Below are positions 16,683 through 24,938 of a DNA stretch of 32,000 nucleotides, one piece after another (the first letter of the stretch is position 1; each line of letters starts with the position of its first letter). A program made the translations under genes and the position numbers. Source of the stretch: Virgisporangium aliadipatigenens (GTDB lineage Bacteria > Actinomycetota > Actinomycetes > Mycobacteriales > Micromonosporaceae); NCBI RefSeq assembly GCF_016863615.1, contig NZ_BOPF01000003.1, positions 467,564 to 499,563 of the forward strand. Direction: 5' to 3'. The notes beneath the pieces are model-generated. The model was not told where the DNA came from. It searched no databases and saw only the letters and a list, made by a program, of their open reading frames with translations.

Positions 16683-18878
16683 ATGGCGATCCGCTGGCGA
16701 CGGCGCGCGCTGCTGGCCGGCGTGGCGCTGCTCATCGCCGTTCCCACGATGCTGTTGTGGACCGAGGACGGCCAGAACGTCGCGGCAGCCGCCGGACTGT
16801 CGGTGGCGGTCGCGAGCGTCGTCGTCAGCTGGGCGGCGTGGCGCCATCCGCGGACGGCGTCGGCGGAACCGCTCGACGCGGCCGCGACCGCCCTTGCCGG
16901 CGCGCAACTGCGGCAGTGGACCGCCGAACAGCGCGCCCGGCAGGTCCTCGACCCGTATCCGCTGCCGGTGCGGTGGAGCGTCTCGGCGCGGGCGCGTGAG
17001 GTGATGGCCAGTTGGTCCTCGATCCGCGGCGCACCCGGTGCCGCCCCGATGGCGCTCGACGGCTCGTACGACACGATCGCCGATCTGTTCGCCGGCGCCG
17101 ACGCACCCCGCCGGCTGGTCGTCCTCGGCGAACCGGGCGCCGGCAAGTCGATGCTCGTCCTGCACCTCACCGTCGAACTGCTGCGCCGGCGCACCCCCGA
17201 CGCGCCGGTGCCGGTGCTGCTGACGGTCGCCGGCTGGGATCCCGCGACCCCGTTGGAGGAGTGGATCGCCGAACGGGTCGCCGCCGACCACCGCTCGCTG
17301 GCGCGGCCGATGCGGGCACCCGACGGCACCGAACGCAGCACCGCCCGCGAACTGCTCGCGACCGGCCGGATCCTGCCCGTTCTCGACGGGCTCGACGAGA
17401 TCGCCGCCGGCCGGCACGAGGCCGCGCTCGCCGGGATGGCCGCCGCCGGCACGCACGTCGTCGTCACCTGCCGAACGGCCGCCTACGAGGCGGCGGTCGA
17501 CGCCCACGGACCGCTGCCCGCCGCCGCCGTGATCGAACTGCTGCCACTGCGCCCCTCCGACGTCGCCCGGTATCTCGTCGACGGGACCGACCGGCCGGTG
17601 CCGCGCTGGAACCCGGTGCTCGCCCACCTGGCCGACGGCGCCGCTACGCCGCTCACGCACGCGCTCACGACGCCGCTGACGGCCTGGCTGGCCCGCGCCG
17701 CGTACCGGCACCGCGGCACCGACCCGGCGCACCTGCTGCACGCCGGCGCGACCCGCCACGACCTCGAACGCCACCTGCTCGGCCTGTTGATCCCGGCGGT
17801 GTACGGGATCGGCACGGCGTCGTGGCCGGCGCGCACCCCGGAGGAGATCGTGGTGATCCGGCGCCGGCTCGCCTGGCTCGCCCGCCACCTCCAGGAACGC
17901 CGCACCTACGACCTGGCGTGGTGGGAGCTGCACCGGGTCTTTCCGCGTCCGGTCGCGGCCCTGATCACCGGCGTCGCCTTCGGCTCGGCGGTCGGCGCGC
18001 TGGGCCTGCTCGGGCTGGTGATCGCCGGCTCCTCGAACCAGCCGCTGATCGGCATGCTGGCGCTGCTCATGGCGGGGCACGGGAGCGGCCGGCTGATGCG
18101 CTGGACGGTGATCGTCTACCTGGGTGTGCTCCTGGTGTCGTTCGACTTCGTGATCGTCGCGACGCAGGGCGAGCACACCCCGTTCGTGGCGGTGGTGGAG
18201 TTCGCGGTCGGCTGCGTCGCGGGTGTCGCGGTCGGCTTCTCCGTCTCCGCGCCCCGCCGGATCGTGCTCACCCCGCGCGGTGCGGCGCAGGGCCTCGGCC
18301 TGCTGCTCGGCGGGGTGGCGGTCGTCCTGGCCGGCTTCGCGCTGGCCGAGCGGGTCACCGGGTTGCTCGGCGAGGAGCGGACCTTCGTCGGCTTCGTCCT
18401 GCGCGGCTTGTCGGGCCTGGTGCTGAGCTATCTGCCCTTCGTGCTGCTGATGTCGCGGTTCGCCCGCGGGCTGGTCCGCGCGGCGGACGACGGACAGCGG
18501 GCGGTCACCCCGGCGCGGCTGCTCGCGGAGGACCGCGCGGCCGGGCTCCTGCTGACGGTCGCGGTGGCGTCGGTCTTCGCCGTGCTGATGGCCGGTCAGG
18601 TGCAGCTGTCCACGTCCTCATACTGGATCTACGCGGTGCTCCTCGCGGCGACCAGGTGGGTGGTGGTCGCGGTGGTGTTCTGGCTGGCGGTGGCGACGCT
18701 GAGTCCGTGGGGGCGGTTCACCGTGCTGCGGGTGCTGCTCGCCGCGCGGGGCCGCACGCCGCTGCGGCTGATGGCGTTCCTGCGGGAGGCGCACGATCGC
18801 GGCGTGCTGCGCCAGTCCGGCGGGGTGTACCAGTTCCGGCACAGCCGCATCCAGGATCACCTCGCCGGCGACCCGTGA
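16683..18878 (+). CDS. membrane-embedded NACHT-family STAND NTPase (two N-terminal TM helices, NACHT, about eight C-terminal TM helices)
   Basis: Walker A VVLGEPGAGKS and Walker B ILPVLDGLDE. The pre-NACHT motif DPYPLPVRW and the terminal GGVYQFRHSRIQDHLA are typical of actinomycete NACHT proteins. N-terminal TM helices: ALLAGVALLIAVPTMLLW and LSVAVASVVVSWAAW. Long hydrophobic stretches run from about 17950 to 18720. Start chosen at ATG 16683; in-frame ATG 16587 is an alternative. Confidence 0.85.
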   Translation: MAIRWRRRALLAGVALLIAVPTMLLWTEDGQNVAAAAGLSVAVASVVVSWAAWRHPRTASAEPLDAAATALAGAQLRQWTAEQRARQVLDPYPLPVRWSVSARAREVMASWSSIRGAPGAAPMALDGSYDTIADLFAGADAPRRLVVLGEPGAGKSMLVLHLTVELLRRRTPDAPVPVLLTVAGWDPATPLEEWIAERVAADHRSLARPMRAPDGTERSTARELLATGRILPVLDGLDEIAAGRHEAALAGMAAAGTHVVVTCRTAAYEAAVDAHGPLPAAAVIELLPLRPSDVARYLVDGTDRPVPRWNPVLAHLADGAATPLTHALTTPLTAWLARAAYRHRGTDPAHLLHAGATRHDLERHLLGLLIPAVYGIGTASWPARTPEEIVVIRRRLAWLARHLQERRTYDLAWWELHRVFPRPVAALITGVAFGSAVGALGLLGLVIAGSSNQPLIGMLALLMAGHGSGRLMRWTVIVYLGVLLVSFDFVIVATQGEHTPFVAVVEFAVGCVAGVAVGFSVSAPRRIVLTPRGAAQGLGLLLGGVAVVLAGFALAERVTGLLGEERTFVGFVLRGLSGLVLSYLPFVLLMSRFARGLVRAADDGQRAVTPARLLAEDRAAGLLLTVAVASVFAVLMAGQVQLSTSSYWIYAVLLAATRWVVVAVVFWLAVATLSPWGRFTVLRVLLAARGRTPLRLMAFLREAHDRGVLRQSGGVYQFRHSRIQDHLAGDP

Positions 18879-18918
18879 GGGGCGGAAAACTGTCGGACCC
18901 CTTCGATAGCTTCCGGCC

Positions 18919-19377
18919 ATGGGGATTCTGACCGATTACTTCGTGGCCACGCCCGAGGTGGCCGCCACCCTCGCCGATGCCGGCCCGCACGAGGCCGACC
19001 TGCCCAAGCTGGAGCTGAAGGGCGTGGATCCGGCCGTTCTGGGCAGCACGCTGTGGGCGGTCATCGAGGGCGTGCCGGTCGTGGCGCCCTACAGCGCGCC
19101 GTTCGACCTCGACCGGTACGACGCGATCGACGAGTGGCTCAACGACTCCGACGACGACACGCACGCGCTCGTGCAGCTCGACGACGGCTTCGTGCGGGCG
19201 CTCGCCACGCTGCCGGACGAGCGGGTCGCGCCGGTCGCCGCGCTGTGGGGGACCGCAGAGGAGTGGGGCGGGCCGGTCGAGCCGGGCGAGCTGGACGGGC
19301 TGGTGCTCGAGCTGCGCGACCTCGCCCGGGAGGTGCGTTCCGAGGAGCAGCACCTGTACGTCTGGTGGTCGCTGTAG
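18919..19377 (+). CDS. hypothetical acidic 152-aa protein, paralog 1 (MGxxTDYFVA ... LYxWWxx family)
   Basis: Clean ORF starting 40 nt after the NACHT stop, with high GC3. I recall this N-terminal MGI.TDYF.A and C-terminal LY.W.SL pattern from uncharacterised actinomycete proteins. No function is known to me. Confidence 0.8.
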   Translation: MGILTDYFVATPEVAATLADAGPHEADLPKLELKGVDPAVLGSTLWAVIEGVPVVAPYSAPFDLDRYDAIDEWLNDSDDDTHALVQLDDGFVRALATLPDERVAPVAALWGTAEEWGGPVEPGELDGLVLELRDLAREVRSEEQHLYVWWSL

Positions 19378-19379
19378 CC

Positions 19380-19838
19380 ATGGGCATGTTCACGGACTAC
19401 TTCGTGGCCACGCCCGAGCGGGCCATGACCCTCGCCGACGCGGGGCCGGGCGGCCAGGACGTGCCGAAGCTGGAGCTGAAGTGGGTCGAGCCGGGCGTTC
19501 TGGGCAGCACGCTGTGGGCGATCATCGAGGACGCCCCGGTGCCCGAGGGCTACGGGCTGCCGTTCGACATCCGGCGCTTCAGCGCGGACGGCCCGATGCT
19601 GTTCGCGTGCGAGGAGTACACGCACGGGCTGAGCCAGATCTCGGACGGCTTCGTGCGGGCGCTCGCGGCGCTGCCGGACGAGCGGATCGCGCCCGTCGCG
19701 GCCCGGTGGGCGACGGCGGAGGAGTGGGGCGTCGAGTGGGCGCCGGGGGAGTTGGACGACACGGTGCGCGGGCTGCGCGATCTCGCCCGCGAGGTGCGCT
19801 TTCCCGAGCAGCACATGTACCTGTGGTGGTGCATGTAG
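19380..19838 (+). CDS. hypothetical acidic 152-aa protein, paralog 2
   Basis: ATG at 19380, 2 nt after the paralog 1 stop, in frame with ORF 19053..19838. An ungapped hand alignment with paralog 1 gives about 97/152 identical residues. Confidence 0.8.
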   Translation: MGMFTDYFVATPERAMTLADAGPGGQDVPKLELKWVEPGVLGSTLWAIIEDAPVPEGYGLPFDIRRFSADGPMLFACEEYTHGLSQISDGFVRALAALPDERIAPVAARWATAEEWGVEWAPGELDDTVRGLRDLAREVRFPEQHMYLWWCM

Positions 19839-19892
19839 CGGGGGAGGCGGCCCCGGCCGGCGGCGCTGGCGGACGGGACCGGGCCGGGTGTC

Positions 19893-21227
19893 TCAGCGCG
19901 CCGCCGCCAGGCCGCGCGCCGGCGCGGGACGTGGGAGACCGTAGTGCTCGCGCAGGGTCGTTCCCTCGTAGTCGGTGCGGAAGAGGCCGCGCCGCTGCAG
20001 GATCGGCACCACGTGGTCGACGAAGTCCTCCAGCCCGCGCGGCAGTACCGGCGGCATGATGTTGAAGCCGTCGGCCGCGCCGTTGTCGGCCCAGTGCTGG
20101 ATCGCGTCGGCCACCTGCTCGGGCGTGCCGGCGAAGGTGCGGTGCCCGCGGCCGCCGCCGAGCCGGCCGATGAGCTGGCGGACGGTGAGGCGTTCGCGGC
20201 GGGCGAGCGTGACGATGAGCGTGTACCGGCTCTTGGCGCCCTGGATGCTGTCCTCGTCGGGCAGGTCGGCCGGCAGTTCGCGGTCGAGGTGCAGGTCCTC
20301 GGGCGACACGCGGAGGTGCTCGGCGAGCTGCGCCTTGGCGTACTCCGGCCGGATCAGCCGGTCGAGTTCCTCCTCCAGGGCGAGGGCCTCCCGTTCGGTG
20401 GCGCCGATCGCGGGCACGATCCCGGGCAGGATCTTCACCGTCTCCGGGTCCCGTCCGAGCGCCGCGGCCCGTCCCTTCAGATCCCGGTAGAACGCCTGCG
20501 CGTCCGCCAGCGTCTGCTGCGCGGTGAAGACCGCCTCGGCGTACCGGGCGGCGAAGTCCTTCCCGCTCTCCGACGAGCCGGCCTGCACCAGCAGCGGCCG
20601 CCCCTGCGGCGAACGGGAGACGTTCAGCGGGCCGGCGACCCGATAGAAGTCGCCGGTGTGCGAAGCCGGGTGCAGCCGGGCGTCGTCGCCCCACACGCCG
20701 GCCGTCTTGTCGGCCAGGACCGCCTCGTCGTCCCAGCTGTCCCAGAGCTTCAGCGACACCTCGACGAACTCGGCCGCCCGCGCGTAGCGGTCCCGGTGCG
20801 CCGGCAGGGCGGTGAGATTGAAGTTGCGCGCGGCGTCGAGACCGGCCGTGGTGACGATGTTCCAGCCGGCGCGGCCGCCGCTGATGTGGTCCAGCGAGGC
20901 GAAGCGGCGGGCCAGGTTGAACGGCTCGTTGTAGGTGGTGGAGGCCGTCGCGATGAGGCCGATGTGCCGCGTGGCGCCGGCGAGCGCGGTGAGCAGGAGC
21001 GTGGGTTCGAGCGCCGCGGCGGGTCGGCGGGCGATGCTGCCGCCCCACACCACCGGGCTGTCGGCGAGGAAGAGCGAGTCGAGCTTCCCGCGTTCGGCGA
21101 CGCGCGCCAGGTGCTGCCAGTGCGCCACATCGGTGGCGGCGTGCGGGTCGCTCTCCGGCAGCCGCCAGGCCGCCTCGTGGTGCCCGTTGTCCATCAGGAA
21201 CGCGTTCAGGTGCAGCCGTCCGGTCAT
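19893..21227 (-). CDS. LLM-class FMN-dependent monooxygenase (NtaA/SnaA/DszA/SsuD-like)
   Basis: Start at MTGRLHLNAFLMDNGHHEAAWR (ATG 21227 within ORF 19893..21431), the typical N-terminus of this family. Also SGGRAGWNIVT and the PPVLPRGLEDFVDHVVPILQRRGLFR tail. The start overlaps the upstream stop (ATGA). Confidence 0.9.
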   Translation of the reverse strand: MTGRLHLNAFLMDNGHHEAAWRLPESDPHAATDVAHWQHLARVAERGKLDSLFLADSPVVWGGSIARRPAAALEPTLLLTALAGATRHIGLIATASTTYNEPFNLARRFASLDHISGGRAGWNIVTTAGLDAARNFNLTALPAHRDRYARAAEFVEVSLKLWDSWDDEAVLADKTAGVWGDDARLHPASHTGDFYRVAGPLNVSRSPQGRPLLVQAGSSESGKDFAARYAEAVFTAQQTLADAQAFYRDLKGRAAALGRDPETVKILPGIVPAIGATEREALALEEELDRLIRPEYAKAQLAEHLRVSPEDLHLDRELPADLPDEDSIQGAKSRYTLIVTLARRERLTVRQLIGRLGGGRGHRTFAGTPEQVADAIQHWADNGAADGFNIMPPVLPRGLEDFVDHVVPILQRRGLFRTDYEGTTLREHYGLPRPAPARGLAAAR

Positions 21228-21952
21228 TCGGCGTCGACCCCCAGGGCGGTCAGCAGTTCGTAGCGGTACGACAGGAACGCCGGATCGCGGTGCGAGCGCG
21301 GCTGTGCCAGTTCGATCGGACGGTCCACCGCGATGGCGCCGTCGACCAGGACGACCACGCGGTCGGCGAGCACGATGGCCTCGTCCACGTCGTGGGTGAC
21401 CAGCAACACGGCCGGCCCGTGGCGCTGGCACAGCTCGCGCAGCAGGGCGTGCATGCGGATGCGGGTCAGCGCGTCCAGCGCACCGAACGGCTCGTCGGCC
21501 AGCAGCAGGGCCGGTTCGCGCACGAGCGAGCGGGCGAGTGCGACGCGCTGCTGTTCGCCGCCGGACAGTTCGCGCGGCCAGGCGCGTTCCCGGCCGGCCA
21601 GGCCGACCTCGGCGAGCGCGTCGCGCCCGAGCCGGTCGGCGTTCGGCCCGTCGAGCCCGATGACGACGTTGGGCAGGACCCGTTGCCAGGGCAGCAGTCG
21701 CGAGTCCTGGAAGACGACGGCCACCTGGTCCGGCACGTCGATCTCGCCCGTTCCCGCCACGCCGCGGTCGAGCCCGGCGAGGGCGCGCAGCAGGGTGCTC
21801 TTGCCGGAGCCGCTGCGCCCGAGCAGCGCCACGAACTGGCCGGGCGCGATGTCGAGGTCGAGTCCGCGCAGGACGGCGGTGCTCCCGAAGCCGCGCACCA
21901 GGTCCCGCACCCGCACCGCGGGGGTGGTTACCCGCTGAGTGTCGAGCGCCAT
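21224..21952 (-). CDS. ABC transporter ATP-binding protein (SsuB/TauB/NrtD-like)
   Basis: Start MALDTQRV (ATG 21952). Walker A GRSGSGKST, signature LSGGEQQRVALAR, Walker B LLLADEPFGALD, H-loop VTHD. Confidence 0.9.
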   Translation of the reverse strand: MALDTQRVTTPAVRVRDLVRGFGSTAVLRGLDLDIAPGQFVALLGRSGSGKSTLLRALAGLDRGVAGTGEIDVPDQVAVVFQDSRLLPWQRVLPNVVIGLDGPNADRLGRDALAEVGLAGRERAWPRELSGGEQQRVALARSLVREPALLLADEPFGALDALTRIRMHALLRELCQRHGPAVLLVTHDVDEAIVLADRVVVLVDGAIAVDRPIELAQPRSHRDPAFLSYRYELLTALGVDAE

Positions 21953-22746
21953 GCCAGCACCTTCCTTTCCACGAGGCGCAGCAGCCCGTCGGAGACGAAC
22001 CCGAAGAGGCCGTAGACGACGATCACCTCGGTCTGCGCGTAGTTCTGGGCCTGGAACATGAGATAGCCGATCCCGCTGGTGGCGTTGATCTGTTCGAGCA
22101 CGACCAGGGAGAGCCACGAACCGGTGACGGCGAGCCGCAGCCCGACGAAGAGCCCGGGCAGTGCGCCCGGCAGGACGACGAGCCGGATGAAGCGCGCCCG
22201 GCTCAGGTCCACGGTCTCGGCCAGTTCGACGTAGCGGCTGTCGATGCCGGTAAGGCCGGCGTAGGTCTGGATGTAGATGATGATGGCCACCACGATGGCG
22301 ATGATCACCACCTTGAACGTCTCCCCGATGCCGAGCCACAGGATCATCAGCGGGATGAGCCCGAGCGTCGGCACCGAGCGCTGCACCTGCATCCACCCGT
22401 CGACGACGGCTTCACCGGAGCGGCTGAGCCCGGCGAGGAGGGCCAGCACGATGCCGACCGTGGCGCCGATGGAGAAGCCGATGCCGGCCCGTTGCAGGGA
22501 CACGAGCAGGCTGTCCTGCAGCGTGCCGCGTTCGATCAGATCGAGGGCGGCGGCGAGAACGGTGTCCGGGGCCGGCAGCAGGCGGGGGTCGAAGAGGCCG
22601 CCGGCGGAGGCGCCCCACCAGGCGGCGAGCACCACGACGGGCCCGAGGACCCGGCCGTAGGGGATGGCCCGCCCGGGCCCGAGCCGCGGCCGCGTCGGCC
22701 GAACGTCCACAGTGGACTTCTTCGCGGAATCCAGCAGAAGGGTCAT
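21928..22746 (-). CDS. ABC transporter permease (SsuC/TauC-like, BPD_transp_1)
   Basis: Start MTLLLDSAKK (ATG 22746). Six hydrophobic segments. EAA-type loop ELAETVDLSRARFIRLVVLPGALPG. Overlaps the ATPase gene by 25 nt. Confidence 0.9.
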   Translation of the reverse strand: MTLLLDSAKKSTVDVRPTRPRLGPGRAIPYGRVLGPVVVLAAWWGASAGGLFDPRLLPAPDTVLAAALDLIERGTLQDSLLVSLQRAGIGFSIGATVGIVLALLAGLSRSGEAVVDGWMQVQRSVPTLGLIPLMILWLGIGETFKVVIIAIVVAIIIYIQTYAGLTGIDSRYVELAETVDLSRARFIRLVVLPGALPGLFVGLRLAVTGSWLSLVVLEQINATSGIGYLMFQAQNYAQTEVIVVYGLFGFVSDGLLRLVERKVLAWRSTLSG

Positions 22747-22748
22747 GG

Positions 22749-23780
22749 CTACTCCCGGTAGCTCGCCGGCGCGGCGTCGGAGGCGAACTTCTCGAACCGC
22801 CGGTCGAAGAGGTCGGCCGCGCGGACGCGAGGCACGAAGCCGCCGTCGGCCAGCAGGTCGGCGGTCTCCTGCTCCCAGGCGACGGCCTTGTCCCAGGAGG
22901 TGGGGAAGACGGGCTTCGGCGCCACCTGCAGGATGCGCTCCCCGTCGGCCTTGGTGACCTGCTGGTCCTTCACGTAGTAGGCGTCGATGTAGGAGGCCTG
23001 GTTCTCCCAGCCCCACACGGCACCGCGCACCCAGAACGGGATGAACGAGCGCACCGCCGCCGCCTTGGCCGGGTCGCTGAGCACGGCGACCGGCGACCAC
23101 AGCACCGACAGGTAGTCGACGGCCTTCATGGCGACGCCCTTGGCCCCGTCGCGCTCGAACTGGGTCAGGTACTTGGTGAGGTTCGGCTCGCCGAGCGGTG
23201 CCGCGTCGACCTGTTTGCTCTGCAGCGCGGTGAAGAACTGGTTGCTGGTCAACGGGACCAGCGTCACGTCGCTGTTCTTGAGGCCGAGTTCCTTGAGGGT
23301 GCGCAGCACCACCACGCCCTGCGCCTGCCCCTGGGAGAAGGCGATCTTCTTGCCCTTGAGGTCGGCGAGGGAGTTGATGCCGGAGCCCGGCGCCGTGGCG
23401 AACGTGTAGATCGGGATCGGCACCGTCTGCACGGCCACGATCTTCGCCTCGAAGTTGATGGCGCGGGCCTGGATGGGTGGGATCCCCGCGTTGTTGGCGA
23501 TGTCGATCGAACGGGCGCGGAAGCCCTGGATGATGTCCGGCCCGGCGCCGAGGTTGACCCACTCCTTGACCTGGAACGGCAGCTGGGAGATGAGTCCGGA
23601 GGCCTCCAGTTGCTTCTGGGTCGGCCGGATCGCGATGGACAGCGCGGTCTTCGGGTCGACGGCCTCGGGCAGCGCGGCGGTCCCGCTCAGCCCGCCGGAG
23701 GACTCCTCGCCGGCGCAGGCGGTCAACAAGGAGGCCCCGGCGGCGCCCAGCAGCGCACGCCGGGAAAGCGTGTATCTCAA
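22749..23780 (-). CDS. ABC substrate-binding lipoprotein (SsuA/NMT1-like), Tat-type signal
   Basis: Twin-arginine and lipobox signal: RYTLSRRALLGAAGASLLTACAG. I prefer the TTG start at 23780, preceded by cgagggag with 7-nt spacing. The ATG at 23807 has no SD and abuts a palindrome. Confidence 0.85.
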   Translation of the reverse strand: MRYTLSRRALLGAAGASLLTACAGEESSGGLSGTAALPEAVDPKTALSIAIRPTQKQLEASGLISQLPFQVKEWVNLGAGPDIIQGFRARSIDIANNAGIPPIQARAINFEAKIVAVQTVPIPIYTFATAPGSGINSLADLKGKKIAFSQGQAQGVVVLRTLKELGLKNSDVTLVPLTSNQFFTALQSKQVDAAPLGEPNLTKYLTQFERDGAKGVAMKAVDYLSVLWSPVAVLSDPAKAAAVRSFIPFWVRGAVWGWENQASYIDAYYVKDQQVTKADGERILQVAPKPVFPTSWDKAVAWEQETADLLADGGFVPRVRAADLFDRRFEKFASDAAPASYRE

Positions 23781-23809
23781 GACGGAACTCCCTCGGAAGG
23801 CGTGCATAC

Positions 23810-23822
23810 GTCCACAGTGGAC
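23810..23822. promoter_or_regulatory. perfect 6-1-6 palindrome GTCCAC-A-GTGGAC in the 5' leader of the transporter operon (candidate operator)
   Basis: Lies between the predicted -10 (23849-23854) and the TTG start (23780). The identical 13-mer recurs at 22705-22717. Confidence 0.35.
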
Positions 23823-23848
23823 AGAGCTTTGGGGGCCACCCGAGGGAG

Positions 23849-23878
23849 AATCTATCTCCCCTTATTCCTACGGGTCAA
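23849..23878 (-). promoter_or_regulatory. sigma-70 (HrdB-like) promoter for the SBP-permease-ATPase-monooxygenase operon
   Basis: The minus strand reads TTGACC (complement of 23873-23878), an 18-nt spacer, then TAGATT (complement of 23849-23854). This is close to the actinomycete TTGACN / TAGAPuT consensus. Local GC dip. The inverted repeat GGGAGA-ATCTA-TCTCCC overlaps the -10. Confidence 0.45.
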
Positions 23879-23885
23879 GTAGGGA

Positions 23886-24938
23886 TTAGCGCGAGAGTTC
23901 CTCGCGTACCACCGCCGCGAACGCGTCCACGTCGGCCTCGGTCGTGTCCCACGCCGTCATCCAGCGGACCAACCCGGCGTCGCGATCCCAGTCGTAGAAC
24001 CGCACCCGCTTGCGAATCCGCTCCGCCACGGCGGCGTCCACCAGGGCGAAGACGCCGTTGGCCTCGGTGGGGTGGCCGAATTTCACCCCGTCGCGTTCCA
24101 GAACGGTGCGCAGCCGGGTCGCCATGGCGTTCGCGTGGGCCGCCGTGCGCAGTCCGAGCCCGCCGTCGAAGAGGGCCAGCAGCTGCGCGCTCAGGAACCG
24201 CATCTTCGACGCGAGCTGCATGTTCATCTTGCGCAGGTACTCCAGGCCGGGTGCGCGGGACGGGTCGACGACCACGATCGCCTCCGCGCCGAGCAGGCCG
24301 TTCTTGGTGCCGCCGAGGCTGATCACGTCCACGCCCACGTCCGAGGTGAACGCCCGCAGCGGCAGGTCCAGCGCGGCCGCCGCGTTCCAGATCCGGGCGC
24401 CGTCCAGGTGCACCGCCATGCCGTGCCCGTGCGCGAACTCCGCCACCGCGCGCACCTCCTCCGGCGTGTAGAGCGTGCCGACCTCCGTCGCCTGGGTGAT
24501 GCTCACGGCGAGCGGCTGCGGCCGGTGCGGGTCGCCCCAGCCCCACGCCTCGCGGCTCGCCAGTTCCGGGGTCAGCTTGCCGTCGGGCGTGGGCACGGTC
24601 AGCAGCTTGAGGCCGCTGACCCGTTCCGGGGCGCCGGCCTCGTCGGTGTGCAGGTGCGCGCCGGAGGTGGTGATCACCGAACCCCAGCGGGGCATCACCG
24701 CGGTTAGCCCGATGACGTTCGCGCCGGTGCCGTTGAACACCGGGAACACCTGGGCCGCCGCACCGAACTCCGCCCGCACCACCTCCGCCAGCCGCGCGGT
24801 GTAGGCGTCACCGCCGTAGGCGACCTGGTGGCCGCCGTTGGCGGCGGCGATGGCGGCCATCGCCTCGGGGTGCACCCCGGCCGTGTTGTCGCTGGCGAAG
24901 GTGCGGATGTCGGGGTCGTGCAGGCGTTCGATCGTCAC
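23886..24938 (-). CDS. threonine aldolase family / beta-eliminating lyase-like PLP enzyme
   Basis: GTG start at 24938 (VTIERLHDPDIRTFASDNTAGVHPEAMAAIAAANGGHQVAYG). The PLP-lysine context is ISLGGTKNG. Also HLDGARIWNAAAAL. Confidence 0.85.
   Translation of the reverse strand: MTIERLHDPDIRTFASDNTAGVHPEAMAAIAAANGGHQVAYGGDAYTARLAEVVRAEFGAAAQVFPVFNGTGANVIGLTAVMPRWGSVITTSGAHLHTDEAGAPERVSGLKLLTVPTPDGKLTPELASREAWGWGDPHRPQPLAVSITQATEVGTLYTPEEVRAVAEFAHGHGMAVHLDGARIWNAAAALDLPLRAFTSDVGVDVISLGGTKNGLLGAEAIVVVDPSRAPGLEYLRKMNMQLASKMRFLSAQLLALFDGGLGLRTAAHANAMATRLRTVLERDGVKFGHPTEANGVFALVDAAVAERIRKRVRFYDWDRDAGLVRWMTAWDTTEADVDAFAAVVREELSR

Noticed and set aside
16338-18931. ORFs 16338..18176 (-, 612 aa), 17012..18931 (+, 639 aa) and 16409..17467 (-).
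   Set aside because: They are shadows of the NACHT gene and have no motifs. The NACHT frame has Walker A/B and coherent TM segments.
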